Positions 17,492 to 27,601 of a stretch of 64,000 nt of DNA are shown here, piece after piece. The stretch covers positions 129 through 64,128 of IMG/VR virus record IMGVR_UViG_3300033072_000360; one strand, given 5' to 3'. Source of the stretch: a virus (Duplodnaviria > Caudoviricetes). Below the pieces are notes generated by a model. That model was not told where the DNA came from. It did not search any database and saw only the letters and a list, made by a program, of their open reading frames with translations. A program made the translations under genes and the position numbers. How positions within the stretch are numbered: position 1 is the stretch's first letter; each line of letters starts with the position of its first letter.

Positions 17492-19214
17492 GTTAACTCC
17501 AAAGAACTTCAAGAAGCATGTAAGGCCATCGAAATCATTGTCATTAGCCTTACTTGAAGCAATGAACGAAGAGCTTGGCGTTATTATTGCAACTGGAGAT
17601 TATGATAGCGGTAAAGCTGTGGCTCTCCCGGGATCCGAATTAAATTATGAGGATTGGTTAAGGAAGGCAGCGCCCCATGCAACGTCAAGCAAAATGGGTG
17701 ACCACCACGTACGTGCGTGGAAATGGGCTGAATCTCTAGAACCGGGTGTCGCTCCACCTGCGTTGATTGAATGTTGGTTTCGCGGTGGCGGTAAATCAAC
17801 AACAATGGAATTGATATCTAGTCGCGTTGCAGTTAAAGCTACGCGCAGGTTTTTGTTATACGTATGTGCTACACAGGATGCAGCAAACAGACACGTCGGT
17901 GACATCGCGGGAGTTATGGAACGCTGTGGTATTGAACGAGCAGTCAATCAGTATGGTTTTTCAAAAGGTTGGAATGCTAGTAAATTGCGTACTGCTAATG
18001 GGTTTAATGTCCTTGCTTTCGGTCTTGATACTGGTGCTCGTGGCGTTAAGCTTGACCATCTTAGACCTGACATGATTATCTTAGACGACATTGACGAGTT
18101 AGACGACTCGGTAAATAGAGTTGAAAAGAAAATACAGACAATTACTCAGACGATTCTGCCAGCTAAAAGTAATGACTGCGCAATTGTATTTGTGCAAAAC
18201 AGAATCCACTCTAACTCTGTTATGTCACGCGTACTTAGCGGTGACATAGACATGTTGCAAAACAGAATTCAAAGTCCTATTGTTCCAGCGGTTGATGGCC
18301 TTGAATATATGCCGGTGGAAAAAGAAGATGGTCGTACTGGATGGAAAATTATTGCTGGAACAGCAACGTGGGCACATAAAAATATTGACGTTTGTCAACG
18401 CGAGATTGATGACTTTGGTTTGATTCCGTTCTTACGTGAATGTCAGCATGACGTTGGTGTTGGAGGCAGGTTCTTTCCAGACTTTAAAGAGTATGGGTCT
18501 GATGGCAATCCATGGCATGTTGTAGATTCTGTTGATGTTCAACCATGGTGGAGGTTTTGGGCAAGCCACGACTATGGGACTGGCGCACCCGCGTGTTTCT
18601 TGCTATACGCTAGTGATGAACGGGAAAACGTTTATGTGTTAGGTGAGTGGTATCAAGCAGGAAAAGTTTCATCTGATCAAGCACAAGGCGTTTGTGAATT
18701 CATGGAAAAACACAAAGTAGCACAGCCAGTAAATCCACAGCGTAGAAGTGGACAGTGGAACACAAAGATTGAGGCGATTGCATTTGACTGGGCAAATACT
18801 TTTCCTCCAAAAAACGTTGAGGAACGTATTGGTGAATATCCAGTAGAGTGTTGGTGGGAAAAGAAACTACCAGCAGTTCGTGCAGTGAAAGACAGAAAAG
18901 CTGGTTGGGCAAGAGTAAAAGAATGGTTAGCGGCTACAGAATTCGTTGGCGGTGAGATCCGACCTAAGTTGCGGCTAGTTCGAGGTGGTTGTCCAAATTT
19001 GATAAAGCAATTAACAGATACAATGAGCCATACAAAAGACGCTGATGAAATTGACAATGGTACTAAGAACGATCACGCCATAGATAGTTTTAGGTATGGA
19101 ATGATGTGGCGCGAATATCCTGTTAAGTGTCCAGAAGTTAGTTCATCGGAAGCCTTAGAGAACTCTCGTGTTCCATTATGGTTACGCAAGGATGACAAAA
19201 AAGAATGGTTGTAA
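17466..19214 (+). CDS. terL: terminase large subunit
   Basis: Walker A FRGGGKST, Walker B IILDDID, RNase H-like nuclease residues SHDYG and DHAIDSFRYG. Confidence 0.92.
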   Translation: MIKQHSAARLTPKNFKKHVRPSKSLSLALLEAMNEELGVIIATGDYDSGKAVALPGSELNYEDWLRKAAPHATSSKMGDHHVRAWKWAESLEPGVAPPALIECWFRGGGKSTTMELISSRVAVKATRRFLLYVCATQDAANRHVGDIAGVMERCGIERAVNQYGFSKGWNASKLRTANGFNVLAFGLDTGARGVKLDHLRPDMIILDDIDELDDSVNRVEKKIQTITQTILPAKSNDCAIVFVQNRIHSNSVMSRVLSGDIDMLQNRIQSPIVPAVDGLEYMPVEKEDGRTGWKIIAGTATWAHKNIDVCQREIDDFGLIPFLRECQHDVGVGGRFFPDFKEYGSDGNPWHVVDSVDVQPWWRFWASHDYGTGAPACFLLYASDERENVYVLGEWYQAGKVSSDQAQGVCEFMEKHKVAQPVNPQRRSGQWNTKIEAIAFDWANTFPPKNVEERIGEYPVECWWEKKLPAVRAVKDRKAGWARVKEWLAATEFVGGEIRPKLRLVRGGCPNLIKQLTDTMSHTKDADEIDNGTKNDHAIDSFRYGMMWREYPVKCPEVSSSEALENSRVPLWLRKDDKKEWL

Positions 19215-19345
19215 TGTGCTGGCTAGTTACAATTATTGGATTGCTGCAACTAGCGGGAATAGCTGTAATCGTTAAGGTGTTATATGCAATACTTGAGACT
19301 AAAGTTTACATCGAACGATTAGTTAACGAGGAGAAGTGGGTCTAA
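19214..19345 (+). CDS. 43-aa membrane peptide
   Basis: MCWLVTIIGLLQLAGIAVIVKVLYAILETKVYIERLVNEEKWV; TAATG overlaps with the terL stop and the portal start. Confidence 0.6.
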   Translation: MCWLVTIIGLLQLAGIAVIVKVLYAILETKVYIERLVNEEKWV

Positions 19346-21534
19346 TGGCTGATTTAACTGATTTACTTACTGGTGGCATGCAGCCAAAGATGAGCGCATT
19401 CAAGAAGCCATCATCAGTTCCGACTGTCGGTTCCTTTCCTGCTGGTAATTTAGCGCTAGTAAAAAAAGATGACTTAACGCTTGACCATGAACCAAACCAT
19501 TGGAAAGTAGATCCAAAAAAACAGCCCGAAGAAGCAAAGAAAGTAATAGCTTTTATTTCAGATCAGTTCCAATCAGCACAAAGATCACGACAGGAAATGG
19601 AACTGGAATGGGCGTTGGCAACTTCATTTTTTGAGGGACGGCAATGGTATCGCATCAGTAGTCAGGCCCGTAATTTAATTAACCTGCAGAATCCTAATGA
19701 GCCAAATCGTTACATGACGATCAATAAAATTCGTCCATTAATTGACGGCGTTATTGGCAAATTAACACAATGTAGTCCAGATGCATCATCAGTTCCTCTA
19801 TCTGAATCAGATCATGATAGAGCTGCCTCAGATGAAGCAAATTATATTGTCAAGCATTACAACCGTAAGTTTCATCGCGAGACGCAAACTAAAGAACGAG
19901 TAAGATGGGCTTGCGTATGTGGCACATCGTATTTGAAGATTTTCTGGGATTCATCTAAAGAACAAGTTGTTCCTCAAATGGGTTTAGATGGAATGACTGT
20001 GCTTGGTCATACAACAATGAGAGTCGGAGATATTGTTGAGCAGATTTTGCCAGCGTTTGACGTGTACCTTGACCCAAGTGCAAAACGAGATGAGGATGTT
20101 CGGTGGTTAATACATGCAATGATTAAGCCATTGTCATGGTTTGTAGACAGTTACGGCGAAGCTGGTAAAGGCGTACGGGCTGACGCCAACATGGGGCATA
20201 ACGCTGGTTATATAGATGCATACCTAGATAGTTCTAAAGGTTCTGGTGGAGGATGGATACCGCCATCGTCAACGCACGTAAACAACACAGAAAAGAATAA
20301 AAATGCTGCAGTTGTTTACGAGTATTGGGAAAAGCCATCAATTCAATATCCAGATGGTAGATACATTGTGTGTACAAGTACTGCTCTTCTTTACGCTGGC
20401 GTATGGCCATACAAGAAAAAGGATAGCTTTCCATTTGTTCCATTACGATGGCAACCTCGCGCAGGAACGCCATATGGTTACAGTCTAAGTTACGATCTTG
20501 TCAGCCTGCAGACAACATACAACAGGATTTACTCACGTTTACTTGAACAGTTTGAAGGCCAAAAAGATTACATAATGGTCGAGCGTTTAAGTAATGTGGG
20601 AGCAGATGCATACGATAGGCAGAGCGACACGGTTGAGGATAAGAACCGTGTGTACCGAAAAATATATTATGATCGCGGTGCGCATCCACCAGTAATTCAA
20701 CGTGCTCCGGGAATTGGCTCGGATTTATTTCCGTTACTACAGTTTCTAGAAAAGGACATGTCTGACATTGCTGGATTACACGATGTGAGTCAAGGCATGG
20801 CACAAGCTGGTACACCAGCTGAATCTGTTCGATTGTTACAGAAAGCCGATAACACACAACACAGTTATATTAGGGCTGATATTGAAATAAGTAATGCAAG
20901 AATTAAGGAATGGGAAGTTGAATTAATTGAGCAATTTGCCATTGTTCCATTTATCGGAAACGTTGAGGGAGGCATGCTTCCCAAAGACCAAATACAGCAA
21001 GGTGTAATGCGTTTTGACGCTATCCGAAACGGAGGCAAGTACCGCATTGTTTACATACCGGGTTCTACTATGGATGATGGACCAGAGGCTAGACTTCAAA
21101 AATATGCAGCCCTGCGTCAAATGGGTGTTTTTGGTGACCCGATGGATCCAGACACAAATAAGTTATTTGTTGAATTAGTAAACATGACGGAAACATCAAA
21201 AATTTTAGAGCACTTGGATATACAGGCTCAAAAGATGGCTGCTGCTCAGCAGCAACAACTTGAAATGCAGCAACAAGCAGCTGCTGCTCAAGCTCAGCAA
21301 CAGGATCAATATAATCCACAAGCTGAAGAACATAAAACAATGCTTGAGATTGAAAAAGCCAAAGCCGAAATTGCAGCAAAACTTGCAGCGGATATTCAGT
21401 TGGCAACAGCCAAGGCTGGATTGGAAGCGCAACAAAACGAAGATTACGCTATGGTTGATTTAGGCAAACAACACGTCATGAATACGATGCAGCCAGACAC
21501 TGGCGAACAAGGAAAAAGTGAGGGTACAATTTAA
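19345..21534 (+). CDS. portal protein (P22-like)
   Basis: Size and position after TerL; FFEGRQW, INKIRPLID, YEYWEKP; Gln-rich C-terminal barrel. Confidence 0.85.
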   Translation: MADLTDLLTGGMQPKMSAFKKPSSVPTVGSFPAGNLALVKKDDLTLDHEPNHWKVDPKKQPEEAKKVIAFISDQFQSAQRSRQEMELEWALATSFFEGRQWYRISSQARNLINLQNPNEPNRYMTINKIRPLIDGVIGKLTQCSPDASSVPLSESDHDRAASDEANYIVKHYNRKFHRETQTKERVRWACVCGTSYLKIFWDSSKEQVVPQMGLDGMTVLGHTTMRVGDIVEQILPAFDVYLDPSAKRDEDVRWLIHAMIKPLSWFVDSYGEAGKGVRADANMGHNAGYIDAYLDSSKGSGGGWIPPSSTHVNNTEKNKNAAVVYEYWEKPSIQYPDGRYIVCTSTALLYAGVWPYKKKDSFPFVPLRWQPRAGTPYGYSLSYDLVSLQTTYNRIYSRLLEQFEGQKDYIMVERLSNVGADAYDRQSDTVEDKNRVYRKIYYDRGAHPPVIQRAPGIGSDLFPLLQFLEKDMSDIAGLHDVSQGMAQAGTPAESVRLLQKADNTQHSYIRADIEISNARIKEWEVELIEQFAIVPFIGNVEGGMLPKDQIQQGVMRFDAIRNGGKYRIVYIPGSTMDDGPEARLQKYAALRQMGVFGDPMDPDTNKLFVELVNMTETSKILEHLDIQAQKMAAAQQQQLEMQQQAAAAQAQQQDQYNPQAEEHKTMLEIEKAKAEIAAKLAADIQLATAKAGLEAQQNEDYAMVDLGKQHVMNTMQPDTGEQGKSEGTI

Positions 21535-22424
21535 TGTCCGATGAGATGGTGATGCGGACCGCTGATTCACCAGCAGCGGCAACGGATTTTGGAGGGATGT
21601 CAGCAGCTTTATTTGGTAGTCAGCAAGTCGCCGATGCTGATAGTGGGGGTGAGGCGTTAAATTCCACATACAACCAAACTAGCGACGACTCCGTAGATGT
21701 TGATGATCTGAGCTGGCTCACCGAAGAAGAACCTTCAAGTGAAGATGCAGTTCGACAAACAATTTATGATGCGTTAAGTAATGGCGATCAACCCAAGAGT
21801 GTTCCATATGAACGCTTTCGCGAGGTTAATGAGCAAGCCAAACAGGCAAAGGCAGCGTCCGACAACTACAGTCAGTGGTCCGACGTTATATCAATGCTTG
21901 AACAAAACGGATACAAAAGCGGCAAAGACGTACAAGCAGCTTTAGCCGCACAAGCCGCAGCGCAGCAAGAAAACGAGATTAGACAACGTTATGCTGGAAT
22001 GGCGAATAATAATATTATTAGCCACGAAGTAGCAGACGCACAGGCTGAATCAGAAATCCTGCGTTTAAAGAATGAGCAACTTGTCAACACCATGTCAAAT
22101 TACATGGTCCAACAGCAAAAAGCGCAAGCATATGAACAGTTTCCATATGCTCGACGTGCTGAATCAGTAGTTGAAAGTTTAGTTCAAAGCGGTATCAATC
22201 CATTGCAAGCAGCTGAAATGGTTCACGGACAAATTAGTAATTTGGCCGAGACATTAATTCCAGAAATCACCGCAATGGTTGCCAGCCAACGAAATGTGCC
22301 AACACCTATTGACACATCAAGTTCAGCACAACCCCTAGTTCCACAACAAGCCCCACCTCGCGGAATGAATTTAAGTTCAATCACTCGACTGTTGGGTATT
22401 GGTAGGAACCCTAACACCATCTAA
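21534..22424 (+). CDS. capsid scaffolding protein
   Basis: Acidic N-terminus, VPYERFREVNEQ motif, located between portal and capsid. Confidence 0.75.
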   Translation: MSDEMVMRTADSPAAATDFGGMSAALFGSQQVADADSGGEALNSTYNQTSDDSVDVDDLSWLTEEEPSSEDAVRQTIYDALSNGDQPKSVPYERFREVNEQAKQAKAASDNYSQWSDVISMLEQNGYKSGKDVQAALAAQAAAQQENEIRQRYAGMANNNIISHEVADAQAESEILRLKNEQLVNTMSNYMVQQQKAQAYEQFPYARRAESVVESLVQSGINPLQAAEMVHGQISNLAETLIPEITAMVASQRNVPTPIDTSSSAQPLVPQQAPPRGMNLSSITRLLGIGRNPNTI

Positions 22425-22435
22425 GGAGAAAGCCA

Positions 22436-23479
22436 ATGGCTATCGATTTTAACGGAGCGCTTACATTAGCGGATCAGGCGATTCTTTCCAATGATCCACT
22501 TGTCAAGGAAATCACCAAGAGTTTGCATAAGACGTGGAATGCGATTAAAGATATTCCATTTACTACCTCCCCGACGTTGCGTCAGGTTGGACAGCGTTAT
22601 GTCAACAGTGGCATCCCAACGCCAAACTGGACAGGTATCAACTCCGAGCCAGTTGCAGTAAAGGGTAAGCCAAAGTCGTACGAAGAGCAGATGTATTTGC
22701 TCCGCAACAAGATTACTGTTGATCACGTACTACTTGATCAACCAAATAACATCATTGACCCTGTTGAAGCGCAGGTGCAGATGTATCTTGAAGGCTTTGC
22801 TTATGACTTCAATGATAAGTTCATTAACAACGACCCAACATCCAACGTTGCTGGTAATAGTATTGATGCATTCCCCGGATTGAAGTATCGCCTTGATAAC
22901 TACAGCCAGTACGATATTCCATCGGAAATGAATATTGTGTCTTCTGCAGATATCTCGCTTGCAAACCTTTTAGCAACATCCTCTTCAACTGCTGGTTCTG
23001 GTGCTGCAAACCGTATGATTGCAGATATTCAGACATTGCTTGACAACATGAATACGCCGGATGGCGATGGTGTTGTCTTCTATTGTTCTGAACAAGCAAA
23101 ACGTCAGCTTGAAATGGCTATTCGTGTAATGGGCATTGGTGCTGGTTTTGATATCACTCAGGACAGCTTCCAACGTCCAGTTGAAAAGTACAAGAATGCT
23201 ACGATTCGAGTTGTTGGACGTAAAGCTGATGGTACTACTCCAGTTATTGGTAACACGCAAACTGTCAGTGGTATTTCTGGTGCAACCGCAACTGGTATTT
23301 ACGCTGTTCGTTATGGACAGGGTTATGTATCCGGATGGCAGTCTGGGCCATTTAAGCCAACATACCTTGGCTTAAGCAAGGAAAACGGAATCATGCACAA
23401 CATCCTGTTTGACTGGGGTTGTGGTCTTTGGATCCCACACGTACGTGCAATCGGACGTATTTACGCTAAGGTCAATTAA
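22436..23479 (+). CDS. major capsid protein
   Basis: 347 aa, strong AAGGAG RBS, LTLADQA N-terminus, follows the scaffold, codon usage typical of a highly expressed gene. Confidence 0.8.
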   Translation: MAIDFNGALTLADQAILSNDPLVKEITKSLHKTWNAIKDIPFTTSPTLRQVGQRYVNSGIPTPNWTGINSEPVAVKGKPKSYEEQMYLLRNKITVDHVLLDQPNNIIDPVEAQVQMYLEGFAYDFNDKFINNDPTSNVAGNSIDAFPGLKYRLDNYSQYDIPSEMNIVSSADISLANLLATSSSTAGSGAANRMIADIQTLLDNMNTPDGDGVVFYCSEQAKRQLEMAIRVMGIGAGFDITQDSFQRPVEKYKNATIRVVGRKADGTTPVIGNTQTVSGISGATATGIYAVRYGQGYVSGWQSGPFKPTYLGLSKENGIMHNILFDWGCGLWIPHVRAIGRIYAKVN

Positions 23480-23490
23480 GGAGAAATAAA

Positions 23491-24333
23491 ATGCGTGACG
23501 CTAAACTTCAGTTTCGCTTTGGTCAAGGCTCTGGAAGTTCGTTAAAGGTCGGCTTTAATGATACATCTGTGGGAACGACTATTGCGGGTATCGTCGGTGC
23601 ATCGTCTACTACTGGATTCAGTGCTCCTTTGCTGCTTGGTGGTTACACCAATGTAGTTGCGGACACAACTCAGTACATTGGCAATGCTGTTGGTGATCAG
23701 CCAGCTCCAAACGGGCAGTTGCTTTGGGGCCACAATAACCGAAATCAGATGTATGTACATTCTGCCGTGCAAATCGCTGTGGCATCTTCTTCAACCGTCA
23801 CTATGGTTGTTGAGGCCTCCGCCGATAATAGTACGTGGGCACAAGTTGGAGCATCTGAGGCATCGTTAAGTGCAGTTACTGGCACAATGTCAACAATTAC
23901 ACTTAACGCAGCAGCAGCTACTGGTGTATTGACCGCAACGGCAAGCCATGGATTACAAGTTGGTGATGTTCTGATTGTAAACGCTCCCGGTGCAACTGCA
24001 TTAACCGTTGGTCCGGTTGGTGCTACTGCAGCTCCTGTAGTAGCAGGACAGGTTTACACCGTAACCTCTGTTCCATCGGCTACAACATTTACAATTGGTT
24101 TAGGGCCAGCTGCGTCTTATAATGGTGTTTACACTGCAGCATCGTTAGTTGCAACTGCTAATGCTGCAGCTGCTGTATTCCATAAGTGTTCAGCTGGCGC
24201 TATGTTGCAAGCATCAATTGCGCCAACATTACGTTCGTACTATCGTGTACGCTATGTAACTACGGGGTCAACAACTGAACTGATTGTTCTTAATGCATAC
24301 GTTAAGAATGGTCGTGATGGGGCTTCCTTCTAG
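23491..24333 (+). CDS. capsid decoration/cement-like protein with inserted beta-sandwich module
   Basis: Follows MCP with AAGGAG RBS; MRDAKLQF start reminiscent of Bbp16-type cement; SHGLQVGD...YTVTSVPSATTFTI module. Confidence 0.5.
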   Translation: MRDAKLQFRFGQGSGSSLKVGFNDTSVGTTIAGIVGASSTTGFSAPLLLGGYTNVVADTTQYIGNAVGDQPAPNGQLLWGHNNRNQMYVHSAVQIAVASSSTVTMVVEASADNSTWAQVGASEASLSAVTGTMSTITLNAAAATGVLTATASHGLQVGDVLIVNAPGATALTVGPVGATAAPVVAGQVYTVTSVPSATTFTIGLGPAASYNGVYTAASLVATANAAAAVFHKCSAGAMLQASIAPTLRSYYRVRYVTTGSTTELIVLNAYVKNGRDGASF

Positions 24334-24341
24334 GAGTTGAC

Positions 24342-24989
24342 ATGAATCTAGGTCAAATAAAACAAAAGGTTCGTATGATGGGTCGGCATTATTTCGGCTC
24401 TGATTCAGACCGTGATCCATTTGGCCTAGATTACATAATCATCGAATCGGCCAACGAGATAGCCAGAAAAACTGACTGTCTTGTTGGCCGTCGGTATTTA
24501 TCTTTAGTGGCTGGAACATCTGATTACTGTGCGCCAGACATTTACAAAATTAGAGTATTAAAAGTTTTGGATGAATCTTCCGAATATTGGCAATGCAGGA
24601 TAATTAATTACAGTGATCAAATAGTTGACAGATATAGGCATCAACCAGCGAAATCTGTGCCGGATGCAGCTGTAATTAGAGGTATGAATGGCATTACCTT
24701 ATATCCCGTTCCGTCTACAGATGTGACAAACGGATTACTTGTTGAGGGATATGCGCAACCCGGTGATTACTGGGCGTATGACACAACTGGAGCAGCATTG
24801 ACTAATACTGACGCAACTGAGTGTCCGCTACCTACTGTTGCGCACGACTGTCTTGTGTACGGCGTTTTATCTATGAGAGCTATGCAAATGCGCGATAAAG
24901 ACGGCATGGCAATTTTTAAACAAGAATACTTAAATCGTTTAGGCGAAGTTGAGTCGTATGCAGCAATGTATGCAAGGAGAACCGTCTAA
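24342..24989 (+). CDS. head-tail adaptor-like protein 1
   Basis: MNLGQIKQKVR N-terminal helix, ITLYPVPS, HDCLVYG; position. Confidence 0.6.
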   Translation: MNLGQIKQKVRMMGRHYFGSDSDRDPFGLDYIIIESANEIARKTDCLVGRRYLSLVAGTSDYCAPDIYKIRVLKVLDESSEYWQCRIINYSDQIVDRYRHQPAKSVPDAAVIRGMNGITLYPVPSTDVTNGLLVEGYAQPGDYWAYDTTGAALTNTDATECPLPTVAHDCLVYGVLSMRAMQMRDKDGMAIFKQEYLNRLGEVESYAAMYARRTV

Positions 24990-25681
24990 TGGCTTTAGGA
25001 TTTACTGTATTACGCAATGAGGCATTGAAGCTTTTAAATGAAACAAACACATCTGTAGTTGGTGAGCTTGCTACTGGCATTGGTGGAACTGCTACAGTGG
25101 CATCTGACGACACTATTGCAGATTACATCAATGAAGCAGCTAAAGAGATGTGTCGCACCTGCATATATGAGCAGGCTACTATCAGTATTGGATCAACAGC
25201 GTCACGTCTAAATGCAATTTACGCAACTGCTGTTTGGCATCCGGTAACGGTGTCTGTGTCTGGGTCTGCACTCATTCATTGCGGTGAACCAGAATTACGC
25301 GTTTATGATTTAAATTACGTTACAACCTCCGGTATTCCTACTCATTGGTACAGGGCTGGTGAGTGGAACGTCGGTATTTACCCAGCGCCTTCTCCTGCGG
25401 TGACTTTATCTATTACCGGAGCGTCTACGCCAGCTGCAATTTCATCTGTATCTGGCACAATAAGTTTTGCGCCAGACGATGTGTTACTTAAAGCAATACC
25501 AGCGTATGTTGCCGGCAAGCTTGCGTTAAAGAATTTTGATGACCCGTCTTTGATTGGTAGATCATTTTGGAAAGATTGGTATGACTTAGCGCGAATGAAT
25601 CTGTGGATGCAATTAGATCCAAGTCTACGTGCACCCGGAGGTCCATATGCTAACCCACCAGTAATGGCATCAGGTAAATGA
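24989..25681 (+). CDS. head-tail adaptor-like protein 2
   Basis: DYINEAAKEMCR, VGIYPAPS; similar layout to the preceding gene. Confidence 0.55.
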   Translation: MALGFTVLRNEALKLLNETNTSVVGELATGIGGTATVASDDTIADYINEAAKEMCRTCIYEQATISIGSTASRLNAIYATAVWHPVTVSVSGSALIHCGEPELRVYDLNYVTTSGIPTHWYRAGEWNVGIYPAPSPAVTLSITGASTPAAISSVSGTISFAPDDVLLKAIPAYVAGKLALKNFDDPSLIGRSFWKDWYDLARMNLWMQLDPSLRAPGGPYANPPVMASGK

Positions 25682-25974
25682 AGATTGCATACGGGCGATT
25701 AATTTTAATTTCACTAGCCGCATTCTTAACAAGTGCTGTTCCTGAGTTTGACGCTGCATGGAAATCTTTTCATATATCAGATAATGCAAATTATGGAACG
25801 GTGACTAAGGCGCTACTTATTTCTGGCATTGAAGGTATCCGTGCTGGTATACCTGCTATGGCAACTGCGTTGATTGCTTTTTTTATGAGGCAGGATACTA
25901 CATTGCCAGTGTTTTCATTATCATTGCCGGAGGTGAAAAAAGTCAGTGAAACGACGAGGAACATCGATGGATAA
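25678..25974 (+). CDS. membrane protein (holin/antiholin candidate)
   Basis: Two hydrophobic segments in 98 aa. Confidence 0.45.
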   Translation: MKIAYGRLILISLAAFLTSAVPEFDAAWKSFHISDNANYGTVTKALLISGIEGIRAGIPAMATALIAFFMRQDTTLPVFSLSLPEVKKVSETTRNIDG

Positions 25975-26251
25975 GTTGCATATCGACTGGAATCAACTTC
26001 TTGCAGGATTTATTGGAGCAATCATTGGTACTGACTGGCCAAAAATTAAATCACTAATGCAAGGCATTATCACTGTCCTTTCCGGTACTGCATCAGCAAT
26101 ATATTTAACGCCTTTAGTTGCTAAACAAATTGGCTGGGATAAGCCACACGAAATGATTGGTTTATCATTTTTACTTGGAACATTAGGGTTGAGGACTGTT
26201 CAGGCGTTCAATATATTGATAGAGAAAACACTGACAAAGGTTAGTCAGTAA
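25967..26251 (+). CDS. holin-like membrane protein
   Basis: Three hydrophobic helices (LLAGFIGAIIG; IITVLSGTASAIYLTPLV; IGLSFLLGTLGL), charged C-terminus. Confidence 0.6.
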   Translation: MDKLHIDWNQLLAGFIGAIIGTDWPKIKSLMQGIITVLSGTASAIYLTPLVAKQIGWDKPHEMIGLSFLLGTLGLRTVQAFNILIEKTLTKVSQ

Positions 26252-26517
26252 TGGACGCAATTACTGCAACAGAAGAATTGCGAACCATAGAATATGGGCC
26301 GGATGGATCTGTCACGTTTAGGTTTGTAAGCGGTGATATGGGTGCAAGGTCAGATGATGACATCATTGAATTTTGCAACGCAAATTTCCGTGAAATCAAT
26401 CTTCTTCTACGTTGCCTGTTGATATTGAATTACTATCAAAACGCTGAAGTTGAAAAATCAGCAGTTGCAGTGAGTATTACTACTGACAGTTGGGTGACAA
26501 AAAATGGCTCAACTTGA
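26251..26517 (+). CDS. small protein A1 of duplicated tail cassette
   Basis: 88 aa, same position and size as 28497-28754. Confidence 0.6.
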   Translation: MDAITATEELRTIEYGPDGSVTFRFVSGDMGARSDDDIIEFCNANFREINLLLRCLLILNYYQNAEVEKSAVAVSITTDSWVTKNGST

Positions 26518-27601
26518 TGCTGTATTCCCAGCTAGGCTGCCTATAACTAACTCAGTAAACACTGCTGCGCAGACAACATTGCAAGCAATAGGTGATTACG
26601 TTGCTGTTATCAGACAGGCCGAGGAAGCTGCAACGATTACTGGTGTAAGTATTTTTGTTGACGTTCATTCTGGTGGAACAGGAAGTTTTGTCCGTGTAGG
26701 GCTGCAATCTGTTGGATCAAATGGGCACCCTTCTGGTACATGGCTTGGGTTTGTAGACAAGGAGAGAACAAATGCCAACTTTCCCTTGTTCGGCCCAACT
26801 ACACATACGCTAGGGTCATCTGTTACTTTGACACGCGGACAGCTGTACGCAATTGTCGCTGAGGCATTATCAGGTACGTGGTCCAGTGGTACAAACTTTC
26901 GCACTAACGATAACTATTACGTCAGCGTCGAAAACGACTTAGCCTTTCCATATCTTGCTAACAAAGTCGCTGGCGTTACTGCTAAGTCAAATGGATCAGG
27001 AGCTTATACGCATGCATGTGTTTCATCCACACGTATGTACGGGACACCTCACAATCCGCAAAACGTTGCGTCAATAAGTAGCGCATCAACGCCTAATGAA
27101 ATTGGTAATTACTTCAGATTGCCAACAGGCATCGGTTCTAGCTACGCTGTAGTTGGCGTGCGTTTATTTATTGCTATGACGGATAGTGCTGGGACATTCG
27201 ACATAACTTTGTATGACAGCACTAGTACAGTTCTGCAGCAAGTATCGTTTACTTGTAGTAATGTTGTTGGAGGAGCAACATCTATATATCAAAGAGACTT
27301 CTATTTTGATGAATCGTCTCTTACTGCTTTGACTCCAGGTTCTTATTACAGGATCGCTATCAAGGCCACCAATGCAACCGCCATTGGAGGTATGGGTAGC
27401 ATAGTAGTACCAACGTCTCTAGGCATGACAGCATATACTGGAGCGAGTGGTACTTTTGTATACACATCTCGCACTGGAAGTGGTTCGTGGACAGATGTTT
27501 CTGGGCAGATCCATTTAATGCGTTTACTTCTTAGTGATGTTACTGGTAGCGCTGGTTCATCTGGTGGTGGGCCACTTGTTGGTGGGAGGTTAGTGAATTG
27601 A
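26504..27601 (+). CDS. virion beta-sandwich protein B1 (receptor-binding candidate)
   Basis: Ser/Thr/Gly-rich; aligns along its length with 28757-29887. Confidence 0.65.
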   Translation: MAQLDAVFPARLPITNSVNTAAQTTLQAIGDYVAVIRQAEEAATITGVSIFVDVHSGGTGSFVRVGLQSVGSNGHPSGTWLGFVDKERTNANFPLFGPTTHTLGSSVTLTRGQLYAIVAEALSGTWSSGTNFRTNDNYYVSVENDLAFPYLANKVAGVTAKSNGSGAYTHACVSSTRMYGTPHNPQNVASISSASTPNEIGNYFRLPTGIGSSYAVVGVRLFIAMTDSAGTFDITLYDSTSTVLQQVSFTCSNVVGGATSIYQRDFYFDESSLTALTPGSYYRIAIKATNATAIGGMGSIVVPTSLGMTAYTGASGTFVYTSRTGSGSWTDVSGQIHLMRLLLSDVTGSAGSSGGGPLVGGRLVN

